From Candidatus Binatia bacterium (GTDB lineage: Bacteria > Desulfobacterota > Binatia > HRBIN30), in assembly GCA_038245295.1 (NCBI GenBank), contig JBBRSP010000010.1, positions 32,001 to 96,000 of the forward strand: DNA of 64,000 bases, read 5' to 3'. The translations under genes and the position numbers were made by a program. The notes under the pieces were generated by a model, which saw nothing but the letters and a program-made list of their open reading frames with translations, had not been told where the DNA came from and ran no database searches. Positions 1 to 9,105 of this stretch are shown here, piece after piece. The first letter of the stretch is position 1. Every line of letters begins with the position of its first letter.

Positions 1-1485
1 CGCGTCCAGATCGGCGGCCCGACCGGCGCCTTCATCGTCATCGTCTACCAGATCGTCCAGCAACACGGGTATGAGGGCCTCGCCGTGGCAACGCTGATGG
101 GCGGCGTGTTGTTGATTGCCATGGGCGTGGCGCGATTGGGCTCCGTCATTCAATTCATTCCGTATCCGGTGACCGTTGGTTTCACTTCCGGGATCGCCTT
201 GATCATCGCGACATCACAGGTGCGCGACTTCTTCGGCTTGAACATGCCGACGGTGCCGGCGGACTTCGTCGACAAGCTCGTCTCCTACGCGGCTCATATG
301 GCCACCTGGAATCCGGCCGCCGGCGCCCTTGGTCTGGCATCGGTACTGATCGTCCTCGGTTGGCCGCGCATCATGACGCGTCTGCCCAGTCCGCTGGTGG
401 CGATTGTTGCAACGACGCTCGCGGTGCAGTTGTTTCATCTCCAGGTCGACACGATCGGCAGTCGTTTCGGCGCCGTGCCGAGCACGTTGCCACAGTTGGC
501 GATGCCACACATGACCTGGTCGCTCGCCAAGGAGATGTTCCCCGCGGCGCTTACGATCGCGATGCTGGCAGCGATCGAGTCGCTGCTTTCCGCCGTGGTC
601 GCCGACGGCATGATCGGCACACGGCATCGCTCCAACGTCGAGCTCATCGCCCAGGGTGTCGCCAACATCGCGTCGCCGCTGTTCGGCGGTATTCCAGCCA
701 CCGGCGCGATTGCGCGCACCGCAACCAACGTGAAAAACGGCGGTCGCACACCCATCGCCGGAATCATCCATGCCGTCACCCTGCTGCTCATCATGAAGTT
801 TTTCGCCGGCTGGGCGACCCTCATTCCTATTGCCGGCCTCGCCGGCGTGTTGCTCGTGGTCGCCTACAACATGAGCGAATGGCGCCACTTCGTGGGCCTG
901 TTCCGGGGGCCGCGTAGTGACGTGCTGGTGCTGGTGACGACGTTTCTGCTGACCGTCTTGGTCGACCTCACGGTTGCCCTCGGTGCCGGTGTTGTCCTGG
1001 CCTCGCTGCTGTTCATGCGGCGCATGGCGAGCCTCAGCCAGGCTGGATACGTCACCGCCATGTTGCGCGAAGAAGAGGCCGACGATCCCAAGGCCATTGC
1101 CCAGCGTAGCGTACCGAGCGGCGTCGAGGTGTTTGAGGTTTACGGCACGTTCTTCTTCGGCGCCGCCACCAAGTTCAAAGACTCGCTGGCGCAGATCGAA
1201 CGTCCACCCAAGGTGCTCATCTTGCGACTGCGCGAGGTGATGGTGATCGATGCCACCGGACTGCACGTCCTCGAGGAGATTCTCGACAAAGGCCTGCGAT
1301 CCGGACCGACACTCATCCTTGCCGGTGTCCACGCCCAGCCATTGTTCGCCATGCAACGCGCCGGGCTCGTCGATAAGATCGGCGCCGACAATCTGACGCC
1401 CGATATCGACGAGGCCCTGGCGCGGGCCCGCGTCATCCTCGGGTTGGCACCGGTGGTGGAGTCCCAATCGAGCCCGACGACCTAA
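1..1485 (+). CDS. sulP: SulP-family anion permease with C-terminal STAS domain (5' end outside window)
   Basis: Frame is open from base 1 (RVQIGGPTGA). Motifs IPYPVTVGFTSGIA, SNVELIAQG..ATGAIARTA and STAS FFFGAA..IDATGL are present. Confidence 0.93.
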   Translation, partial: RVQIGGPTGAFIVIVYQIVQQHGYEGLAVATLMGGVLLIAMGVARLGSVIQFIPYPVTVGFTSGIALIIATSQVRDFFGLNMPTVPADFVDKLVSYAAHMATWNPAAGALGLASVLIVLGWPRIMTRLPSPLVAIVATTLAVQLFHLQVDTIGSRFGAVPSTLPQLAMPHMTWSLAKEMFPAALTIAMLAAIESLLSAVVADGMIGTRHRSNVELIAQGVANIASPLFGGIPATGAIARTATNVKNGGRTPIAGIIHAVTLLLIMKFFAGWATLIPIAGLAGVLLVVAYNMSEWRHFVGLFRGPRSDVLVLVTTFLLTVLVDLTVALGAGVVLASLLFMRRMASLSQAGYVTAMLREEEADDPKAIAQRSVPSGVEVFEVYGTFFFGAATKFKDSLAQIERPPKVLILRLREVMVIDATGLHVLEEILDKGLRSGPTLILAGVHAQPLFAMQRAGLVDKIGADNLTPDIDEALARARVILGLAPVVESQSSPTT

Positions 1486-1715
1486 ATGCCTTGCGACCTC
1501 GCAAACTCAACCCGCACGACGACGCGCTAGGAAGCCCCAGGACGCGCTCCCAGCACCCCGGACGACCCTACCTAGCCACACAAACTCAACGTTTTTCGGC
1601 GTTTTCCAAGTAAGGTCCCTGAAATCATTGATGATTCGAAACGCCAAACGACGTGCGCCCCAGGGATGGCCTCAAAGGGGCCCTTTCCCCTTGGAAGCCT
1701 CGCGTCGACGGCTGA

Positions 1716-3527
1716 TTATCGGCCGAGAGTTGGCCTTGGGCCACCACGTCCAGCGCCGCCTTCGGTCATCCACTTTCTCAGCGCCTGCTGGGCATAACCA
1801 CGGACGAGCGGTTGCTTCTCGCTCACGTCGTATTCGTCGCGCGGATCCTGCCAGTGGTCGTAGACCTCAACGCGGGGAGGCGTGTCGCCGGACTGCTCCG
1901 TGACGATCACCTTCCAGCCGTTGGTGAACAGCGCGGCCATCGCGGTGCCTTCATCCAAGCTCGTCTGCGCGAAGGACTCGTCGTCGGCGCACGTCCCATC
2001 ACGCAGCTGCAACAACGATTGCCCCGGGAGAGATCGCGGGCCTGTCACCCCGAGTACTTCCAGTATGGTCGGCAGCACATCGATCTGACGCGCCAAACAG
2101 GTGACCCGCTTGGCGCTCTCGGGCGCCACCGGCAACCGCACGATCAACGGCACCGCGAGTTGCTCGGCGTAGAGCGTGTGTCCGTGCTCGAAACCGCCGT
2201 GCTCGTGGAGCTCCTCGCCGTGATCGGCAACCAGGATGATCAGCGTGTGTTCGTAGAGGCCGCGGCGCTTGAGCTCGGCGACCAACTTGCCGAAGTGGTC
2301 ATCGACGAAAGCAACCTCGGCATCATAGAGCGAGCGCAGGTAAGCGAGGTTGTCTTCGGTCGCCAGCGTCGGGTCTTCCTCAGCTCTCTGCAACGGCTGT
2401 TTCTCCGCCGCCAATGAAGCCGCCAGATCGGCAGGGCGAAACGGCGCCGCCGCATCCGGCGACGCAGTGTACGGCGCCTGCGGATCACTGGCGTGCAAGT
2501 AGAGCAGGAATGGTTTTGCCGCGTGCCCATCCAGCCACGGGAATACGAGATCGTTCAGCCCATCGGCGCCGAGATGCAGGGATAGCCGCGACGGATCCTC
2601 ACGCGCATAGGTGAACTCGTCGAAACCACGATCGAAGCCGAAGGCGCCATCGACATTGCGGTTGGTAACGAAGGCCGCCGTCGAGTAACCCTGTGCTCGC
2701 AACAGCTCCGCCAGCATCGGCACGTCGGATCGGATACGATCCCCGGGGCGCAGCGCGCCATGGGCGTAGGGATAACGCCCGGTCAGAATCGCCGCCGTCG
2801 CCGGTAAGGTCCACGGCGCCTGCGCCACCGCGCGCGCGAAGACCAGCGACTCCGAAGCCAGCGCGTCGATGTTCGGCGACGTCGGCAAGGGGTAGCCGTA
2901 ACAGCCCAGATGATCGGCGCGCAGCGAGTCGACGACGTAGAGAAGGACATTTGGTCGCGCGGCGCGTGGATAAACGAGCGGCTCCTGACCATCGCTCTTC
3001 TTGGCGCGACCGGTGATGCGTGGCCGTGACAAGCGCAGCTCGCCACTGCCGCTCACATCGAAATCGAGGCGAACGATCTCGCCGCTAAATCCCCCCAGAT
3101 CAATTCGTGCTGTCGTCGGTGAACCGTCGTGTGTCCAAACCACCCTCGCTTCGCCGCGATCGCGCGCCGCACGAATCGACAATTGCGCGGCGATCGCGCT
3201 TCCAGATGCTACCTCGAAGACGAGGCTGGCGGCATTTGGTAGACGGACAAAGTAACTCACCTGCGAAGGTGCCGGCAGAAGCAAGGCCGTTGGACCTTGC
3301 TCCTCGATGATGAGTTGGGGATGCGTCGCCACGGTGTTGTCCGCCGCGGCGACAGGCAGCGTCAAACCATCGAGGCCCGCCTCGGTGAAGGGAAACATCC
3401 GCAACAGGTCGATCCCGAGCTCGGCGTCATCCCCTCGTTGCCAGCAAGCGGAGGCGAGAAGCAGCAACGACAAGAGCAGCCGGCGCCCGGCCACACGCCG
3501 GGGTATGGAAGCCGCTCGGTTGAACAC
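1716..3527 (-). CDS. Exported (probable lipoprotein) sulfatase/alkaline-phosphatase-superfamily protein
   Basis: Motifs RPNVLLYVVDSLRADHL, PWTLP..LTGRYP, ADHGEE and VPLIVRLP are present. The N-terminus is hydrophobic and ends in ASAC. Confidence 0.85.
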   Translation of the reverse strand: MFNRAASIPRRVAGRRLLLSLLLLASACWQRGDDAELGIDLLRMFPFTEAGLDGLTLPVAAADNTVATHPQLIIEEQGPTALLLPAPSQVSYFVRLPNAASLVFEVASGSAIAAQLSIRAARDRGEARVVWTHDGSPTTARIDLGGFSGEIVRLDFDVSGSGELRLSRPRITGRAKKSDGQEPLVYPRAARPNVLLYVVDSLRADHLGCYGYPLPTSPNIDALASESLVFARAVAQAPWTLPATAAILTGRYPYAHGALRPGDRIRSDVPMLAELLRAQGYSTAAFVTNRNVDGAFGFDRGFDEFTYAREDPSRLSLHLGADGLNDLVFPWLDGHAAKPFLLYLHASDPQAPYTASPDAAAPFRPADLAASLAAEKQPLQRAEEDPTLATEDNLAYLRSLYDAEVAFVDDHFGKLVAELKRRGLYEHTLIILVADHGEELHEHGGFEHGHTLYAEQLAVPLIVRLPVAPESAKRVTCLARQIDVLPTILEVLGVTGPRSLPGQSLLQLRDGTCADDESFAQTSLDEGTAMAALFTNGWKVIVTEQSGDTPPRVEVYDHWQDPRDEYDVSEKQPLVRGYAQQALRKWMTEGGAGRGGPRPTLGR

Positions 3528-3710
3528 GCCAGGGGTCTAACAGATCAACTACGACTGACCAGAGGAGAACGGCTCGCGCACGATCTGGCCTCCGTTCTGA
3601 GAAACGAGGTTGCCCGGCGCCGGGCTTGTCGGTAGTGCTTCCGCAACGTCATCGGAGATCATCTTGGGTGCGCGTTCGCACGCGGATCCGGGCCAGGGAG
3701 AATACGAACC

Positions 3711-5198
3711 ATGCGCCTAGTTCAGGCTATCTTGGTCGCGGCCGCCTCACGCCGGCGTGCCATATCAATCGTGGCGGCGCTTTTGTTGCTGACGGCTGGG
3801 CAGGGCTCGGCGCGTTCCGGGGTGCGCGGCAAGCTGCGCCCACACCCGGGACTCAGCAGCAACGCGCGGTCGGTCGACGCCAGCAACAACACCTCGGTCG
3901 GGCACTCGCCGTGCACCGTGCGACGTAACAAGCTCGTCTACCACGGCGGTCCACTGGTCAAGAATCCGGATGTGTTCCTGCTCTTCTGGGGCTCGGAGTG
4001 GAATTCAGACGCCGATCACATCGCAGCGAAAGCGGCACTCATCTCGATGTACCAGTCGATCGGCACCAGCGAGTTCGCCTGCGCCTGGCGCGAGTATGGG
4101 ACGGCGACGTACCCGCTGGGAGCCGGCACGTACAACGACTCTTACGTCATCACGGAGGCACCGCCGGATCCGTTGTCGGACGCGCAAATCCAGAGCCGCA
4201 TCGAGAGCGAAGTCTTGGCCGGCCATGCGCCATCACGCACCGACGATCGTGTCTACATCGTCATCCCACCCGCCGGTATCGCCGTCGAGTCTCAAGGCGA
4301 AACCGGCTGTGGCGGCGCCAACTTCATCTTCTGCGGCTATCACAGTGCTTTCCAGTCCGGCGGCTCGTTCCGCTACGCCGTCTTGCCCTTTCCGTGCAGC
4401 GTGCCCGGCGTCGGCACCTGTTTGATCGACAGCGGGCACACCTCTGCCGGATCGCTGCAGATCGTCGGAGCACATGAGCTGACGGAGCTGGTCACTGATC
4501 CCGATGATCCGGGTGGCTGGTACAGTGACCGCACCGGAGACGAAAATGCCGACCTCTGCGCCGCGTCATCCTGCAACGACGTCGTCACCAATGGGATGAC
4601 GACGTTCGAGGTGAACCCGGCGTGGTCGAACCTGGCCAATGGTTGCATCACGTCGGTGCCGTGTTCCCCGGCACCGATCGGCTGTACCGACACAACCCCG
4701 GGCAGCTGCACTCCTGGTCGTGGCAAGGTTCTGAGCTGCGAGCTCGAGTGGCTGGTTGACCCCAACCTGACGCTCAAGCGCACTACCCAATTGCCGAACA
4801 ACAGCGTGTCGTGCACCGACGGCCAAGCGTTCTGCGACTACGACGCAATCGGCGGGCAGTGCACCTTCCACGTTGCCGCCTGTCTCAACAGTACCGATCC
4901 ACGGCTACCGCTGTGCACCCCGTCATCGATCGATAGCCTGACCATCACCAGGCCACCGTTTGGGGACGATCTGACCACGGCACTGCTGAGCGCCCTGCAA
5001 AGCGCCGATGTCGGCTCGACCGGCACTCTTCATCTGAACAGCGTCTCGTACGCGCCGGCCGCAGCCAACACGAACTCCTGCACCGGTTATGTCGACGCCG
5101 TGGTCCCGGCCGGCAAGAAGAAGAAGGTCGGCGTGGCGCTGCACACGCCGGGTGGCGTGGCGAAAAGTCAGCTGACCCTCTCCTGCAAGGCGCCCTAG
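3711..5198 (+). CDS. Secreted Cys-rich protein with Phi-1/EXORDIUM-like N-domain (HExxE..TDP) and Cys-rich C-domain
   Basis: Signal-like N-terminus. Motifs LVYHGGP, FCGYHS and AHELTELVTDP..ENADLC are present. The C-terminus is Cys-rich and ends LTLSCKAP. Confidence 0.65.
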   Translation: MRLVQAILVAAASRRRAISIVAALLLLTAGQGSARSGVRGKLRPHPGLSSNARSVDASNNTSVGHSPCTVRRNKLVYHGGPLVKNPDVFLLFWGSEWNSDADHIAAKAALISMYQSIGTSEFACAWREYGTATYPLGAGTYNDSYVITEAPPDPLSDAQIQSRIESEVLAGHAPSRTDDRVYIVIPPAGIAVESQGETGCGGANFIFCGYHSAFQSGGSFRYAVLPFPCSVPGVGTCLIDSGHTSAGSLQIVGAHELTELVTDPDDPGGWYSDRTGDENADLCAASSCNDVVTNGMTTFEVNPAWSNLANGCITSVPCSPAPIGCTDTTPGSCTPGRGKVLSCELEWLVDPNLTLKRTTQLPNNSVSCTDGQAFCDYDAIGGQCTFHVAACLNSTDPRLPLCTPSSIDSLTITRPPFGDDLTTALLSALQSADVGSTGTLHLNSVSYAPAAANTNSCTGYVDAVVPAGKKKKVGVALHTPGGVAKSQLTLSCKAP

Positions 5199-6860
5199 CG
5201 ACAAACCAACATCGCGGCCCCGGCACTACAGCGTGGCCGCACTCCTGCAGGGCCATTCCACTGCAGCGCCGCACATTCACTCGCAGTCCCAAGAGTTACC
5301 GTCGCCTGCACCGTATCGAGTGGCGGCAACACCGACGCCGCATTGATGGCGCGGATGGTGAATGCCAACCGACCATCCTGCACACGGGAACGGTTACGCA
5401 CCGCGACGTGCCGCACACCGCCGTGACTACCGAGCGGGTCATCGAACACCCAGCGTGAGCCAATCACGCGCCAACCGGCGCCACCGGGGATGGTCGCATC
5501 GAGCAGCCCGTTGACGACGACGTGAATGCCATTGGTTGCCGGATCAACAGCGCTCCATGGCTTCGGGATGACGGCGGTGCCACGCAGCTCGAGCTTGCCC
5601 GAAACGAGACGCACACCAAGACGCGAGGCGGTGATAGGGACGCCGCTGGGGCAGTTGCCGATCGCCGCCGGACTGAGGCTCGGTGTCGGCGTCGCGTTGT
5701 TCGGGATCGTCGGCGTCGGTGTCGAGCTATTCGCCGGCGTCTTTGTCGGGGTCTTGGTCGGGGTCGCCGTCGCTGGTCCGCCGGTCGCGGTTGCCGTTGC
5801 GGTGGGCGGCACATAGCCGTTCGACACGAGCTTCCAGTAGGCCAGCAAGTCGGCCAGCGCTTGCGGCGAATTCGTCGGCGGTGTGTGCCCGGCTTGATCG
5901 AACTGATTGACGCCGTGGCACGACCCGCAGACGCGTACTTCACCGGGCTGGAAGGTTACCCAATAACGCTCGCGCACAACGCCGGTACCGGCAGGGTCGG
6001 TGAGCTGCCAGGTCATGGCACGCCGCGCCGGCACGAACGCCGCCCACGATCCATCCGCACCGACCGTGTGTCGTAAACTCCGGTGAGTCGATGCCGTAGT
6101 ACGTGCCCGGGTTGCTCGGATCTTCGGCGGCCTGCAACATGTTGGAGATGAAGCGCGGATTGAAGCGGCTCAACTGGCTGTAATAGTCGATGACATTCGG
6201 ATCATCGGTGCGCGCCGGAGGAATGTAGCCGTGCAGCTCGTGGCGACCGAGGTGGTTGATGACTTCGGACTCGGTGCCGTCCTGAAGCCGGTGATTTCGT
6301 ATTCCGGGAAGACCTCGAGTACGAGCTCACCTCCAGTGCGCCCCGTCGTCGCAGTTCATTCCCGTGCCGAGGCCGGCGACTTCACGCCGATTGTCGACTC
6401 GCAAAGCGGCGCCCTGGCGCTCCTCACGGGAAGAAGTGGTTGAACGTTGTACGGCCACACGTGCCGGCCAGCAAATATAACTTGACCTGGAAGTGCGCCG
6501 GGGCGCCGACAACCATGCTGAAGACGGCCTTGGTCCCGCTCCAATCGACGGCCGGATCGCGCACGGCAATGACATTGGCATCCTGGAGACCATTCGGAGC
6601 GGTACTGCCGAAACCGGCGGCGGCGGTGAGGTTGCGCAGCGTCCCGTTTTCGTAGCGGATCCACAAATCGCCGCCGCGCGGTGCTGAGCTAGGATCGCCT
6701 TTGTGATTGGCGAAGGCCGAAACAAGGCTGGCAAAGTCGGCGCCGAGGGGTACCTGGGTGACGAACAGGATCGGGTACGGAGTCGTAGGTCCAGTCTGCG
6801 CCGTCGCCACAGTTGCCGCAGCAACAAGGATGAGAAGACCAAGGACAAGCTGGGCTAGCG
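5195..6860 (-). pseudogene. Internally deleted/scrambled secreted beta-propeller protein of the HzsA-related (hydrazine synthase alpha-like) family
   Basis: The N-terminal piece reads ILFVTQVP..GGDLWIRYENGTLRNLT..VRDPAVDWSG and stops at 6424. A middle piece reads NHLGRHELH..PEFTTH. The C-terminal piece reads AAFVPARRAMTWQL..FQPGEVRVCGSCHG plus a PT linker. The pieces are in different frames. Confidence 0.65.
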
Positions 6861-6948
6861 CCCCCTCTCCCACCTCAAGCGGAATCTCGAAGCCTGGGAG
6901 AGGGTCGGGGTGACGGGGCTTTGCACGGCAATTTGCGTTGGAGGACTC

Positions 6949-7026
6949 CGCAGGCTGAAGCCTGCGCCTACCGGTTCCCAATTCGCCAGCGTATTCAGCG
7001 TGGTAGGCGCAGGCTTCAGCCTGCGG
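6949..7026. repeat. GTAG-type REP doublet (REPIN)
   Basis: Inverted pair CGCAGGCTGAAGCCTGCGCCTACC ... GGTAGGCGCAGGCTTCAGCCTGCG. Confidence 0.85.
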
Positions 7027-7113
7027 TGAGCTGAGCCCTGGTTGATCGTCGAATTGCCGTGCAAAGCCGGGTGAGGGCACCCTTCTGAGTCCGCAGACCC
7101 AACCCTCGCCCAG

Positions 7114-8904
7114 CTAGCGCGCCAAACCAATCTCCCACCAGTCGAGTGGCAGCTCATCGCGCCGTTGCGGCGCGCGCAGCCCGGCTTCGGCGAGCTCGCG
7201 CAACGAACGGAACGTATTGAATTCGCGGTGCGAGTCAAGGTGTGCCAACGTAGCGCGCCAGAGACGCAGAGCTTCGTCGCGCATCTGTAGCTGATCGGCG
7301 ACCAGGCCGCGCATGGCCAGGCCGTAGGCGCGCGCGTCGAATGGCGCGTCTGCCTCGTCTTCCGCCGGGGCAAGAGCGGCATACGCCGCCTTCAGATCGC
7401 CAAGCGCGAACAGCGTATGGGCCCGCCCCAGGGCCACACGCGCCGGATCGAGTACCGGGGGAATGGCGGCGGCAATCTCGTCCCACATCCGGCGCGCTTC
7501 GGCATGACGGCCATCGCGTTCCGTCGCGACGGCACGCCGCGCCTGGGCAATCGCGGTGCGATCGCGGGCGAACGCCGGACCATTCAGCTCGGGCGCCACC
7601 GGCAACGACGCAGTACGCGGCGAATCATCGCGCGGCGAGAACGCCACATACTCGCCGAACGGCGCGAACGGTTGCATCGTCGTAGAGTGCCACAACACCC
7701 GGTCGGCGGGCGCGACAACGACGGCATTGAGGACGAACAGGTTTCCCACCGCCGTCTCGTTGGGGAAGCGGTAGCCGGTACGATCGCGTAGGATCTCGGT
7801 CGCCACCTGCGGTGTCAGCGCGCCGAGATGACGTTCAACGGCTTGCTCCATCCCAAGGCGTCGAGCGAACGAATCGGGGCAGCGGTAGTTGTCGAACGGA
7901 ATCATCTCGGTGGTGCGAGCGTGATTCGAATGAGCGAACCAATCCTGTTGCGCCTGTTGCGGACGAAAGACGCTGCAACCACTGTTCGGCCGGCACTCGA
8001 GCAGGGCAATCGCCCCGGAGGTATCGGCCATGGCAACGAAGTTGGCGGCCCCGAGGCGCTTGGTTTCGAGGAAGATACGAATTCCCTCCTCCACCGTGTG
8101 CGCCGTCTGCAAGGCGCGCCGCTGCGGCCATTCCGGCGCAAACAGGGTGAACAGCGGCTCGGTGTCAAAGTAGTTGAGGGAGATGGCAAAGCCGGCTTCG
8201 TTGAGCCCGACGGTCGGCAAGTGCATCAGCGGCCAGGCGGCGGCGACGTGCGCGAGATCGCCGTTGCTCGGGTGATAGTGCGTCACCACCGGCCGCCGGC
8301 GGCCACCGGCATCGCCCCAATCGACATTGCGGCCAATCAAGGCGTGGCCGTCGGCCGTCGCACTACCCGTCGCGGCGAACACGGTCGAGCCCGCATCGAG
8401 CGCCAGCGAAGCGCGAAACACCTCGCGCGGCAAAACGTGCAATACACCGGCGATGCCGCGCACCGTTGCCGCAAAGCCGCTCGTATCGTCGTTGCCGGCG
8501 CTCGCCAAGGGCACCAGCAACGGCTCCATCAGCCGCGTCGCCCAGCCCTGCTCGCGCAACGTACGATCGTAGTCGGCGCGGTGGAAATCGTAGACGTCGC
8601 GCATGAGCGGACCGAGCAGCTCCGCCTGCTGGCGACCCATGTCTTCGTAGGAGCCGTAGACATGCAGCACGACGAGGTCGCCGATGTCCTCGCGCCGCGG
8701 CACCGGCGCGGCGTAAAGCGCCGCGGGCAGCAAAACCAACGCGCCGAGCAGCGCCGCCGCGACAGCACCGATGAGGCTGCCCCGAACATGGTCGTCGCGC
8801 CAAGAGGGGAACCAGATTCTTTGGCCCGGATCAGCGTCGTCGGCAACCGCTTCGACGCAGGCAAACAACGGGTGAGCGGTGTATTCGATTGTGGTTTCCG
8901 CCAT
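7114..8904 (-). CDS. C45-family (Ntn-hydrolase/AAT-like) peptidase with C-terminal TPR-like region
   Basis: Motifs GSYEDMGRQQ, STVFAATGSATADGHALIGRNVDW, GLNEAG and HSNH, followed by helical repeats. The start is supported by the conserved ATG in the paralog fragment at 28836. Confidence 0.8.
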   Translation of the reverse strand: MAETTIEYTAHPLFACVEAVADDADPGQRIWFPSWRDDHVRGSLIGAVAAALLGALVLLPAALYAAPVPRREDIGDLVVLHVYGSYEDMGRQQAELLGPLMRDVYDFHRADYDRTLREQGWATRLMEPLLVPLASAGNDDTSGFAATVRGIAGVLHVLPREVFRASLALDAGSTVFAATGSATADGHALIGRNVDWGDAGGRRRPVVTHYHPSNGDLAHVAAAWPLMHLPTVGLNEAGFAISLNYFDTEPLFTLFAPEWPQRRALQTAHTVEEGIRIFLETKRLGAANFVAMADTSGAIALLECRPNSGCSVFRPQQAQQDWFAHSNHARTTEMIPFDNYRCPDSFARRLGMEQAVERHLGALTPQVATEILRDRTGYRFPNETAVGNLFVLNAVVVAPADRVLWHSTTMQPFAPFGEYVAFSPRDDSPRTASLPVAPELNGPAFARDRTAIAQARRAVATERDGRHAEARRMWDEIAAAIPPVLDPARVALGRAHTLFALGDLKAAYAALAPAEDEADAPFDARAYGLAMRGLVADQLQMRDEALRLWRATLAHLDSHREFNTFRSLRELAEAGLRAPQRRDELPLDWWEIGLAR

Positions 8905-8947
8905 GATGAGCCCCGTATCAGGCATCTGTTTCCGGCGCGACGATCAC

Positions 8948-9024
8948 CGCAGGCTGAAGCCTGCGCCTACCACGCTCATACACCGGCGAATTGGAAACCG
9001 GTAGGCGCAGGCTTCAGCCTGCGG
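8948..9024. repeat. GTAG-type REP doublet (REPIN)
   Basis: Same REP as 6949-7026; the spacer is an inverted homolog of that copy's spacer. Confidence 0.85.
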
Positions 9025-9105
9025 AGTACCAGAATACGAATTACTGCAAAGCCGACAATACCTGACCATCCGCTTCGCATTCACAAACTTTATTTTCCGA
9101 GACGA

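Noticed and set aside
1500..1660. CAAACTCAAC direct repeat and AT-rich patch as a transposon end
   Set aside because: No matching second end or transposase; support is too weak.
5195..6860. Anammox hydrazine synthase
   Set aside because: HzsA-related domains are widespread, the gene is broken, and no hzsB/C is present.
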